Assembly (NCBI GenBank): GCA_002633005.1
Contig: NMRA01000006.1
Location: 390,677 to 454,676 of the forward strand
DNA length: 64,000 nt
Source: Phoronis australis
Lineage: Eukaryota; Animalia; Phoronida
Direction of reading: 5' to 3'
Shown here piece after piece: positions 12,090 through 24,600 of this stretch. How positions within the stretch are numbered: position 1 is the stretch's first letter; every line of letters starts with the position of its first letter. A program made the position numbers and the translations under genes. Under the pieces are notes generated by a model. That model saw only the letters and a list, made by a program, of their open reading frames with translations. It searched no databases and had not been told where the DNA came from.

Positions 12090-12450
12090 AGTGGCTTTGT
12101 GAATGTGTGATAACATTTGACTCTTTTGATAACTGCTGAGTGCAGCCCTTTGCTGGGTAGGACTACAGGCAGGCTAATTACGGTATCTACCATGCTTCAA
12201 AGAGTTACTGAAACTGTAATGGGTTGGTACAAAATAGATTCTCTTAACTTTGGTTGTAGTTGGGCGTTATTGGTGATTCAAAAACTAAACATGATCAGTA
12301 TTTGACATTTAGAATTGTTATTGGTTTATGTTCAAACAGTTTATAACTTATCTTTTATGTTAATCAGCACTGCCCAGTCGAGCTGGAGAAGATCTTGTGG
12401 GAGATTAGAGCGATTATCGAACAAAAGAGAGCTAGCTTTCCAACCATAAA
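12090..12450 (+). mobile_element. Dispersed repeat; inverted copy at ~44450-44860
   Basis: gattagagcgattatcgaacaaaagagagctagc and ggttgtagttgggcgttattggtgattcaaaaactaaacatgatcag match the reverse complement of 44465-44660. Confidence 0.75.
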
Positions 12451-12689
12451 TACCACGATAATCAATCATGTAAGATTTTGGCTACATTGGTCAACCAGCC
12501 GACCCTTTCCTTTGCTATCAGATGGAACAAGTTAGGGTGAATGGGAGGGTGCCCTAATGAGGCCAAGTGAATTAAGCATGATTTATAAAGTCTGTCAGGG
12601 TCCAAAATCTACTCTTGGAACTCGTACTCAAAATCGGAAACTTAATGAATCATACAAATTTTCATGATTGTCACACATTGTAGGTTTCC

Positions 12690-15600
12690 ATGGAGGACAA
12701 TGTAGGCATGTATAGTTGCCAGACTGACATTTTACACAGCAATAGTTCTACAATCCCTATGAACTTGGCTAACCTCGAACTGAATTGTCCTATTGGGATA
12801 AAAAGTTCATGCAATCACCATGACACTAATTTCTATGGCGATAGTTCCGCCATCCACAATAAATCATGTGATCATGAACTGCCCTGCCCTGTTGATCTAG
12901 AAAGTGTACACGGTCACCATGGGAACAATTTCCGTTGTTATAACTCCATTGTTAAATGACGACAGTCAGGAGTGTGCTATATTTTCAGATGCATTACACA
13001 ATGTTAAGGACAGCTCCATGAACACCTCCACTGCGATGGACATAGGGGAGGGACCAGTTGTATTGCAGAGGGTACAGAATCACCATGACGACAGTTTGCA
13101 TCACAACAATGTTATGGATACCACCACTCTTATGGGCATCAGATCAGACTGCCTCACTGCAGTGGAGACATCAGATGATCACCATGACAACAGTAGTACA
13201 TGCTCAGAGGGTTCAAGTGACAATGAGCTGGATTCTTTTGATCTGTGGGTGGGTATATAATTCTGACAATATGCGTTGAATTCTTGAATATTTGCCATGG
13301 GCAGCAGTTTTACGTAACCGGTGTGACTTTTTGATGTTGTTTTTTTCTAAAGTTTCATTCACCTAGCTATTGTCCAAGATATTTCAACACTATTTTAACT
13401 CTGCATTTCCCTCGCTGTCCTGTAAACTTTGCAGGACTCTCCCTCTCACTAGAACAGTGCGTTGAATGTGACCGTGTCTGAAAAACACTTGGCTGTCTCC
13501 TAAGTAATCTGAAGCAAAGGTGCATGTGTATAGTACACGTACTCAGGCGCGCGCGCGCACACACACACACACACACACTTATACAAACACAAACTTATAC
13601 AAACACACACTTTACACATTAAGTAGAGATTTCAATTCTTCACTCAGGCACAGTCTGTCATCAGATGGATTTGAAGCAATTTTAACCGCAAAATGTTCTT
13701 GTTGCAGTGCGGCTTCTGTGATGATGAAGAAAGTGTCATGAACGAAAGGTTGACCAAGGAGATTGAGGAAGCAAGACAGTTTTTTGGTGAAGGTGCCGTC
13801 ATGCAAGCAAGTTTCGCCGAATTAGACCTAGTCTATGTAAAGTTGAGTGTTGATACATCCTCTTTGCAGGTAGGAGCCATGAAGACTGTTGCCAGTGTTT
13901 TTAATTCACTGCGTAAATGTCCTTCGTGACATTAAAACGACATTGTCGTCGAGAAAAGTAATTTTCAGAAATAAGAAGTACCATGAAATGGAACCCTCTA
14001 AAAGCTGAACTCTCTACCATTAAGCCAAATCCCCAATCCCAAAATGAAGGGTTTCATCCTTAAGGATGATTCAGAACCATGGTTTACATTCTGGCCTCTT
14101 AAGAGCGCGTTGTCAGGAACATATAAAACTTTCAACAATAATTGCTTCACTTTGTTTTCTGGCTAATTAGCCACGTGTCATTATCCTGTTAGGGGCAATG
14201 GATTTGAACTATTTGATTTCATTCTCTGACAGTTGAATTCCTTGTGGACATTCTTTTAACTTTGGACCCTGAAATTTTGTGCTGGGAGTAAAAAAATTTC
14301 ACAGTTTTCTACCTTAAAAGGATACTGAACCCTGTTTTCGGGATTTCCATCTATCCTCGTTCTTTTACGTGCTAATGCATTACTTGTATCAATCTTACAA
14401 GTTAAAGGCAGGAATCAACTAATGACTCATACTCCCTATGTCACAGATTGGACGTCTTAATCCTTAGTGGGTGGTAGGTCACGCTTGCCCGTTTTGCAGA
14501 CTTTGAATGGAGTCTTCAAATTTTCTTCCAAACTTTCGGAGTTGTAAAAGGTTACAGAGCATTATTTTGTTTCAGAGAACTGTACGGGAAAGTTGTTTTT
14601 AGTATTATTCTGTTAATTGGCCAAAACTGGGTTAACTTTGGTATCCTTTTTAAGAAGAGTCTTTTCCTGATGGAAATGCTTCTGTACCTTAAGGTATCAT
14701 AGTTTTATGTGTTTTAAAATTGCCAAAAAATGCAAATTTTTAAAGCAATTCATCTTCTGTGTTGGAAAAGTAACTTTTGCTGCAATTTGTCAGTTCACAA
14801 TTGCCTTTCACGCTAACCTGGCTGATAAGTGATACTCAGTGACTGTGTTATTTTTATTTTTTCCAGGAAAAGTTAGCGAATGCATGGAAGTTCAGTCGAG
14901 AAGAGCCCTTGATTGTTCGGGTATCTCTCTCATTGTCCAGATATTTAGATGGTTCAGGTATGTTAATTTTGGAGTTTACATAGTCTAAGTACTTTAAAGT
15001 ATACGTAGGGTGATGTGGGGATATTGAACATAATAGGTAAATCGGGGAACTTATTGTTGAAATTTGAAGCTGATATTCCAGTTAAATGTACCCCATAATT
15101 TTCAGCATTGATATAACTTTGAGCTTATCTAAATTGCCAATGGCTGGTCAGGTAAAAGAGGATACATATCATTAACATTAATTATTATAATGGAATCGTG
15201 CTGTCCGTTATCTTATTTACGCTCTGTTAACATGAATTAATTAAAACGAAAACTGACAAAATGCAAATCTGACTGGGTGCTCAGCGTGAATGAGAAAGAT
15301 TTTCAGTTGGCTGGCACGTTGAATTAACAGCAGCTGCAGTCTCAGTTGTTGACTGTATGCCTAGTAATGTGACTGTGACTGTGTACATGTTATATTCACA
15401 GCCTGTCTTTTGTCAAAGCTGGGTGTCAAGTGGACCATTGTGTTTTGGTTATGAGAGGGTGTTAACATGTGTTAGCAGGCCATGCCCCACAGTTTACTAA
15501 TCGAATTCCCCTAATGACTGGTGAATGGGGGATAGTATTGGCACCTTAATGCTGTAGCATGGAGCTAAGAAAAGTTTCAATTGATCATTATGTTGCCTAA

Positions 15601-18600
15601 TGAATATGGTGGCCTATAGAGGGCAGTAGAGCTGCATTGGTGGTTACTTGTTCATATCGCTGGTATTTTCTCAATTGAATCGTCATATTTTGTATCTTTT
15701 TAATTATTTGGTGTGTGTGGCTTTTTCCTTTCTAATGAAATAGAGTTTCTAATTTTAGTGCCGGAAGTTGAAGTGTATCAAGACGTACACCAGGAGAAAT
15801 TTGGAATTGCCAAGATGGTTCAGAGGTGGGACTTTTTACTGTGTCCTGTCTAGCTTTAAAATTCATCTTAGCCAAAATTTGTCTTGAGATGAACAACATC
15901 TGGCCAATGCCGGGAGTGATGAGGTTGACTCATATACTAGATTGGAAACAGTCCACCAAACTGGTATTGTTCTCTTTAAAAGAACACCAAACCCTATTTT
16001 GATGATTTCAAACAATCCTAATTTTGTCACCTGCTAATGCATCAGTGGATCAATCTTGAACCTTACGATGAAAGCAGGTACCAATTAAAACCCACACTCC
16101 CTGTGTCACAGATTGGACATTATGGTGCTAGGTGGGTGGTCTTTCACCACAGTTACTGTGTAATTCACTAAAAGTGACTTTGAAAGGAGGTTTCTCTGAC
16201 TTTTCTTGACGTCTATTATTTGGAATACGTCGATTTTAAAATTTAGTGAGTATGAGTTTCATAATTAGTGACTGATGTCAAAAATATAATGAAACATATA
16301 TTTAAACTTAATAACATCCTCCAGGTATAAGAAAATATTGTTTCTTAATTACTGTTTTTTTGTTTTTCTTTGATTCCCATACTCTTACATGTATTTTTTA
16401 AAATCCCAGGTTTTCATTTCAGAATCACTCAGACATTTGTGTCAGACAACTGGGCATTGTGGGAAACTGCTGACGTTAGTGATGGAAACCAACAAAATGT
16501 TCTTATTCAGGTGCAAACCCTAAATTAATATCATTTTTCACTTTGGGAGCATTCACAAGTCAAGACTTACAAGCTTTGCGGTATGATTAAGCGGGTAGTA
16601 AGCAATATCGCTTGCGTTTTACAAATAGACATACACGGATCTCTGTTACCTCATGGAGCTGTGTTTTAGTGTTTTCTGGGAACTGTGACCTTACTATTGA
16701 TAATGTGACTGATTAAATGTAACCTACAATAAAGTATTGTGCCAAAAATGAGTCATAGCGCAGGACTTTAGTACTCTACTTGTCTAGTAAACTCCAATCA
16801 TTTTATCGTACATTGTAGTTTTTCTATAGATAAGTACAAGAATCTCTAGCGTCATTGGTGACCAATATTATAAATCTTGATCCAATTCCCTTGTGTGTGC
16901 AACATAGCATTACCATTAGTGATGACTTTACGACTGTAAAATTTTAATGCAAAGCTGACCAATTGTGCATTACACTTAGAGGAACACTACAAATTGTATT
17001 CTAATCATTAGTTCAATTTTGAGTCTGAGTTCGAAGGTTAGCTCCCTCACCGGGAATAATTGCTAAATGGTAGAAACTTGTAGTGATATTTCTCTTGAAC
17101 TTGTCCTTATGACATTGTTGCAGATCGTAGACTACGTTCGACAACGCCTACCAACATTAAATAAACATTGTGTGATTTGTGATCAGACGCATATCTTCGA
17201 TACTCTTCAAATGGTGAAGGTAATTAAATTCGGCATATATTCTGTTCTCGTATAAATCCCCATCAAATGCAGTTGTGAGCTGCAGATCCTGCTGACTGTT
17301 GTTAACCAAGTACTCTATCGCCATTTGTTGACATGGCAATTATTTCATTAAGTCGTGGCTATAGACTTTGGAAAATTGCTGTTAGCTGTGTTGGCATAAT
17401 GCCAAAGTACAGAGTAGAATGTGCTGCAGTATGTTTTTACATGGCCTGCATTAAAGTGACTGATTGTTATACAATGACGAAAAATTTACACAAATTCCTG
17501 GTCCAAGTAAGTGATATTTCTGGATCAGGCGATCAAAAAACCACAATAGTCACAGTTGTTGTGTTTTTTTGTTTCAGCCTTCCGTGTGCAACAGAGAACT
17601 TTGTGTCTTCACTTTCCAGACCATGGGGTACATGTCTGGAGCTGCCGTTGACTTGGCAAGTGATACCAAGGCAAGTGAATTTGTGTGGTGAACCGCTACT
17701 GCCATCTTTGGGTACAGAACTCCTACCATGATTTGCGTTAAAATTTTGAGGTGGTGCTTTTGACAAAAATAAAGCAAAAAGAATTATACATAATATCTTT
17801 CTTTAAAACATCGAATTCTAAAGTAAACCTTTAATAAAAAGATGTTTAAAGCCGTTACTGACGATGATAAAATAATGTGTAATACTATACAGAATTTTTT
17901 AATCAAGTTTGTGGCGTATGTTATTAATAGAATGTCGTGTGTACTGCCTTCTCACCCACAGGTGATAGACTTGTTGATCACTCTGGCTCAAGCTGCGTGC
18001 GTATCCACCAGACGCGACCTTGTGTTTGACCCCTTCCCTACTGTGGTCAGTCCACTAGCCCCGAAACAGTTTGGCTTTCATCCGAGAGTGAGTTCATGTG
18101 GCAAATGTTTGTAGAACAGCGCTGCGGTTTGAACCGTGGACTCTGACTTGGGGGGTACTGAGTTTGAATGCTGTGTTGGCTGGCAGACAAGTATTGCACA
18201 AATTGTCTCACACCTTCATGTGCTGTATACTGACTTGGATGCATTACTGTTCTTCCAAGAAGTTAGCCTGGCGTCATTGTGTTGAAATAATACGCATGTC
18301 GGTGTCGACTCAAAACCAGAATAGTATCCAAATTCAGACAAAAAATCTAGTCTTTGTTTAAGCAGCTGTAATTTCGCCTTTCATCTCTAAAAACTCCTTC
18401 ATTTAGACGTCCGCTTAATGCTATGAAATTAACCTCAAATTGACCTCAAATTGACCTCAAATTGGAGAGCCTGTCAATTTCTTCCAAGCCCAGTTATCAT
18501 CCCTGTTTCGACAAAGGAACGATTTGGGGTCAATTGTTTATGGCATCTTATTTTATTCAGTAAACATGATCTGGTGAACTGTCGTTTCACTGCAAGACTA

Positions 18601-21600
18601 AAAATCACTTATAGCAGTAAGTGAGCTAAATGAAAATTTGGTTCCTTCGATGGAGTGCAAGTCATTGCTGCTGTAAGTGTTCCCGCCATTTTTTGTCCAA
18701 TCTCATGACTTGCACACCAGTTTTCGCCTTCCGCACTAATTGCTCTCCCATGGTGTGAGGTACGAAATAGCGGCACATCTCCAGATACGGCAAACAGGTC
18801 AGCAGCCTGGCTTTCGCTCCATGAAGATTCACCTGTTAGCATATGTCGTCTGAATACTTTATATTTTATATCATTAAATCAGTTTTATATCATGTTTGGG
18901 AAAGTATTACTGCTGTGCCATTGCCTATTCAAGAAAGTGGGATAAATTGGATAAATATCCATGGATTTGGGATGTCACTACCCCTTCCCAATAGTTCTGA
19001 AGGACGAAAGACTTGAAAATGTGCCTGTTATGTTCACTGCACCACCGTTTTACAAACGCTATTAATGTTACCTCATGGCTGAGAGTGGCACTCGATTGGA
19101 GTGCGGAATGCAGGAATTATCTATCATGCTTCATTGAGATTTATTTATTTGATAAAACCCAGTGGAGATGTGTATGAATACATTAAGGTGAGCAGATCCA
19201 CACTGGAAGCACTTGTCAACAAACCGAATCCAATTGCATTATTTTTGGCTAATTTTCATAGTATTTTGTTGAGAAAAAATGCTTCCAACCTAACTTATCA
19301 TGATTAAATCACTTTCAGAAACGGTTCGAATAAATCGCCAATTTCAGTACACGATATCGCAATATTTCTTTCATCCAGTTTTTCACTGCTGTGTATCAGT
19401 AATACAGCAGTTGCTTTGCTCCACCAAAAACTATCTTAGATCAATGTTCATGGTGTTGAAAATTGATGACACACGCAGTTCTTGTACAAATCTGTTCAAG
19501 AAGTATAAAGTGCCAGGAAATGTTTACTCATGGAAGGCAGTGCTTCGTACTTATGAGGTTCTCCCCTATTCAAGTATCTCCAAACTCTTAAGTATTAGGA
19601 GTATTTAGATCACTATTGAATGGACTTTGATGTGTGCAAGCCAAGTCAGCCTATTGTGTATAGGTTGCAGGCAGCATGCACGCACCCAGCCTAAAAATGG
19701 GGAGCTCGAATTTTTGATAATGTGGACCTTTTACTAAGGTTCGCAGGGTCCGTTCACAGCTATAAATTGTGCATTCACCAAAATTTGGTTGTTCCTGCCT
19801 TTTTAGTGGACTTTTGTTTCGTTTGCTACTGTTTTCGGAGATTTTGGTTCTCTGAGGCAGACCTTTTGCCCACTTCCTCAGTTCACTCAAAAAAGAAGCT
19901 GGTTGTATGGTAAACATGTTCATCTGATCTTTATGGCTATGTTAATGTTGGGAAGTGTATTGAAGCACTTGGGGTCCCGGGTCTAAACTTTTTACTTGAA
20001 ACTGAACTCAAAATTATTTTCAACATTTTCAGTACTCCTTCATTACAATCTGATGATGAGTAACTCATCTGATTATTCTAATGTATATTTCAGTTTACTT
20101 GGACCACTGTAACCCTATTTAGTGCTTGACCCCACCATTTTATTAGTTATAACATCAAGTCTGAACTCAAAATGTCAAGTTTTTACTCAAGTTTGCATCT
20201 CGAATCCAGGGGTCATCGAGTGCGAATTTGTACTACTTGGCGGGTTCTAATTAAAGGTGAATGCAAGCTTTCAAAAAAATTTCAAGTTCGGTTTCAGGTA
20301 AAAAGATTACACCTGAAACCCACATGTATCAGTTGATGATGACAATGTAGAAATGATGCAAACTGAAATGAAATGAAAATGTTGAATGACGATAAAATGA
20401 TGATTTGTAAGATTCCTAACATGACACCTTGTCATTCTGCATTTAATTTTAGACAAAGAATTTTGAGAAACTAAAGAAGAACCTGAGTCACCTCACAAAA
20501 TTCTGCCAGATGGCAACAGTGCACAGAGACGACATCAAGGAGAGACTAGATGCATTGGATGTTTTAGCCTATCCACTGTTGCTATGGTAACGCAGTTACT
20601 GTTAGTGCAAAGTGGTTATTTATTTTAAAGCCTCTGTTTAGAAAGTGGTCTAGCCATGCAAGTTTTATTGCACCTACCCAAAAGGTGTGAGAAGATGCAA
20701 ATTTATGGTTATTGTTCTTTGTTTTATATATATTAAAGTGGCGTTAAACCCTTCCTTTCTTTCAAAAACTGATTTAGGTCACTTTGGTCTTTTGTTCCTT
20801 ACTCAGTCACGTTTTGACCTGAAATTTTGTGACCTTGACCTGAAGAAATAACAAGCCTGCCAGTTTTTTCCAAGCCCTCCTGTCACACCTGTTTTGACTA
20901 AGGAACAACATGTGACCAATTTCATAATTTTTACGTAGTCTAAATCAAAACTGATTCATTTATTTCACAGAAAGCACGAGTTAAATGGCACTTTTCTAAC
21001 AGTTCAGTTTGTTAGTGAACCATAAATGATATTCTGTTAACTAGTCAAATGTTTAAGGATTTATTTTTCTCTTTATCTTGCGAGGTAAAAGGAGTTGGTT
21101 ACTTGCTTAAACAACTTTCAAGGTTTAAATTGAGGTTGAATTCAAACTTAAAGTAACAGGTAGTATTCAGACCCTGACAGGATCTATATAATATCCTGAC
21201 CGATGATCCGATGATAAAAAATTTTTTTGCTAATGGCTCTCAACGTTTCTCATGTTATGCTGATAATTGACGTACTTTGTTTTCAGGGTCATTTCGAGTA
21301 ATAGATCACACATTGTAAAACTAAGTGAACCTCAGGTAAGCATTCGATTTGCAGTCTGGTTTTACGGACTACTGTTCTTCAATCAATGGCAATTTGATCT
21401 CGTAAGAGGATAGGATGGTCTTGGAAAGAAATCTCCTTTGTCCGGGAGGTTGGAAACTTGTTTTACATTGGCCTCACTGTATAGATGTCTGACTGCTTTA
21501 GCCAGACAAACTCAAGTTCTTGCAAAGTTTGTCTGGCAAACATCTCTGGTGTGAGGCAGATCTTGGCTATGACTCTTCAGTTTTGTTGCCTACAACAGTT

Positions 21601-24600
21601 CAGATAGCATCAAGTCTATTTTCTGCAGATACGGATCTATAATCCCTGTTTCTGTTTTATTTGACAAAAACAGGGATGCACGAATCCATCTTTCATGGAT
21701 TGATTTTCCTTTTCCTGTTCAGCTGTTACAGTTTATGTGCACCCCCCACCAGTTCCTGTTAATGGCTTCAGGGCCATCTCATGAGGAAGTGTTCCAGCAG
21801 GCCAAGCGTGAACATGGCACTGTCTTTGCATTCCAGTAAGTCCTGCACTTGAAATCCGCAATTTTGAACTCTCTCCAGCTTAGCGTTAGTATTTTCCAAA
21901 CATTCTTTTGCGTATTGGTGCCTCTTTATGTTGTGTTTCTTTTGCCATTTTCACATTATAATGTCTCCTAATAAATCTTTACTCAAAATCTACTGTTTTG
22001 AATGGTAAGTTTTTTGGCTTTTGTGTTTGAGTACACGAATTTGCATTTGGTAACTCATAAAATGAAATTACAAAGTAACTCATGATTTCAAATCTGCTTA
22101 CAAGGAAAACGCGCATTTCTAGCTGTCTGAGGGCAAAGGGAATATGTGTGGCGACCAGTGTAACCGAGAAGTTTCTCCACTATCTCACGTTTCTAACTTA
22201 AGTCGAGTGTGATCATTATCTGCACATTTATTATCTGAGCACAAAAATCAAATACAAATTTTGTCTCAAATATCACTGCATAATATATGAAACTGAGTCT
22301 CGTACATTTGTCACTCATGAATCCCAACACATTGTCATAATAAAACAATGATCTCATATACGCCAATTCCATTTCAGTGGTTCTAGAATGGAAAATTGGC
22401 ACTCGATTCTTAGACAGGGTCTTATCAATGCCTCTGGTACAAAGATGCAGGTAAGCTATGTTCCATACTTCTCTGCAGGTTAATAATCACACTGGAATAT
22501 GGAGCTAGTGTTATGTGACTGTGCACATATTGACCTTCTTATGGTAAGAGATTCGTGGGATACCTGCAATGGATTGTGGGACACCAGTCGGCCAAGGTGA
22601 ATGAAAACAATCAGTGAAATCAGAGAATGTGCAATTACATTTGCTGCCAACAGATGGCGAAGAACGTGTAAATCCCACAATTCTCAAGCCATAAAATGAT
22701 CCATTTGCATCGTTTTATAAATCTTTATGTGGAGGAATGTGTGCCGAAGCTCAGAATATGACAGACTTGACTTGGTTAACGTTCAGTTGAAGGTGGCTTT
22801 CAAATCTAGTGCTTTGGCATTTTGGTAAAGATTCTTCATTGATAACATAGTTTTGCTGATTGAAACCAACGCAAATAAGAATGACAGAGCAGTGTGACTA
22901 TGTTTTTGCAGACGTAGGTCTGATGTAATATTAGGTAACCTCAAACAGCATACTCTAAACAAGGCAGAGTATAGATCTCCCATCTGAACAGACATGTAAT
23001 GTGATAATGTGCTGCTTATGTTTGTACATGGTCATATTGACATTCTATATAACAAACTGCAAACTAAGGCCGAGGCAATCCAAGCAATTTAACCAATCAA
23101 AACAAATCGAGGACATATCGTAGCAAATGCAAAGTCTGTTTTTACATTAATTTACTCTCTGACTCTATGCAACCATTGTATTGCAGTATTTAGTGTAGCG
23201 TTTATTTGTTACAGCAAAAACACTTCTCATTACATAGTTTCAGCAACATATGAATTGTAACAACAATTTGTACCCAGCCCTAATCGGGCTTGCTTGTTAC
23301 AAAGAAAAATGCCCAAAAATCTATTGAAACAGTAGTTTCTTTTTGTGATTTCACTACAGTTGCATGGGTCGGTTCACGGCAGAGGTATCTATCTCAGCCC
23401 GCTACTCAGCCTGGCCTCAGAATATTCTAAGATGGGCAAAGGATTGTTTGACCTCAAAGCAAAGCCACAAACGCGTGGTTCTACTTCCAGTTCCACTCAA
23501 AGGGGAGTTCATACGGGAACGCCATCTGATGGAAGAGGCTCTTTGGTCAGTATACTTTTGTTTTTGTTAGGCTACTGGCATTTCTTTTTCCTTTTCCACC
23601 TTGGGTGAAAATATTCCACCCAGGGTATAAATATTATGAAGGTCTACATTTTATTGTTTACGTCTATGTTGAAATTGTTTCCATTTAGGTCGAAATTATT
23701 TCCACATGAGTGAAACAGGAAAAATAGAAAATACAACTAAACTACTAGAGTTGTGATGATACCATTGGGCCACTGTACATTAATCATGATTTACAGAAAT
23801 TTTAAGCTCTTTAACATTGACTGATGTCATTAGTTCAGGATTACATTTGGAGTTAACTGTTGTTTAAATTTGTTACTTAACGTTCCCCTATACAACTGTG
23901 TCTCTCCTTGAAACATTTTGCTGTTGCTCAAGGACTTCTGTCCTGTCTACCTTGATCAATTGAACTTTCGAATAAAGTAAAAAACAAGCCTTTCTTTTCA
24001 TTCGTATTTTTGTTATCTTTTCAGTCCGAAAGTTTTGCAAACGATGGCAAACTGACCTGCATTGCACTCTGTGAAGGTAAGGTTTATGTTTTCTTGAAAT
24101 GCACAGGTTTGTAACACAGGTGTGTAATACAGGTCTCAACAACCAGTTCTTTATATAGACCACTTGTGAATTGTAAAATTGATCTCCAGTTGTTCCTCAG
24201 GGAAAATTGAGGAAAGTTCAGAGCTTGGAAAGAATTGCTAGTTCGTTATTGCTTGAGACTTGGCTGTATAACTTGGCATGTCACTGCATTTCATTTTATT
24301 TAGCGAGCATGATCTGTAGAAGACCAAAAATTAATTCCCATCTGAGTAAGGAACAAGTTGAAACTAATTTAATAGCAGCACCTAGTGGTCTAAATCAAAA
24401 GTTGGTTTCTGGAATGGAACATAGGTTTATAAGCACTTTAAGTGTAACGCATCATCGACTGATAATAACATTTTTTAAAAGCTCTAAAATTGCGAATCTC
24501 TTTTATTATTCTTCTTATAATATTTGAATGTTTCCAAGAATGAAGTTTAAGTCAAAGGGAAATTGGTTAAGACATCTTCTTCGTTTAGCTTGTTATGCTA

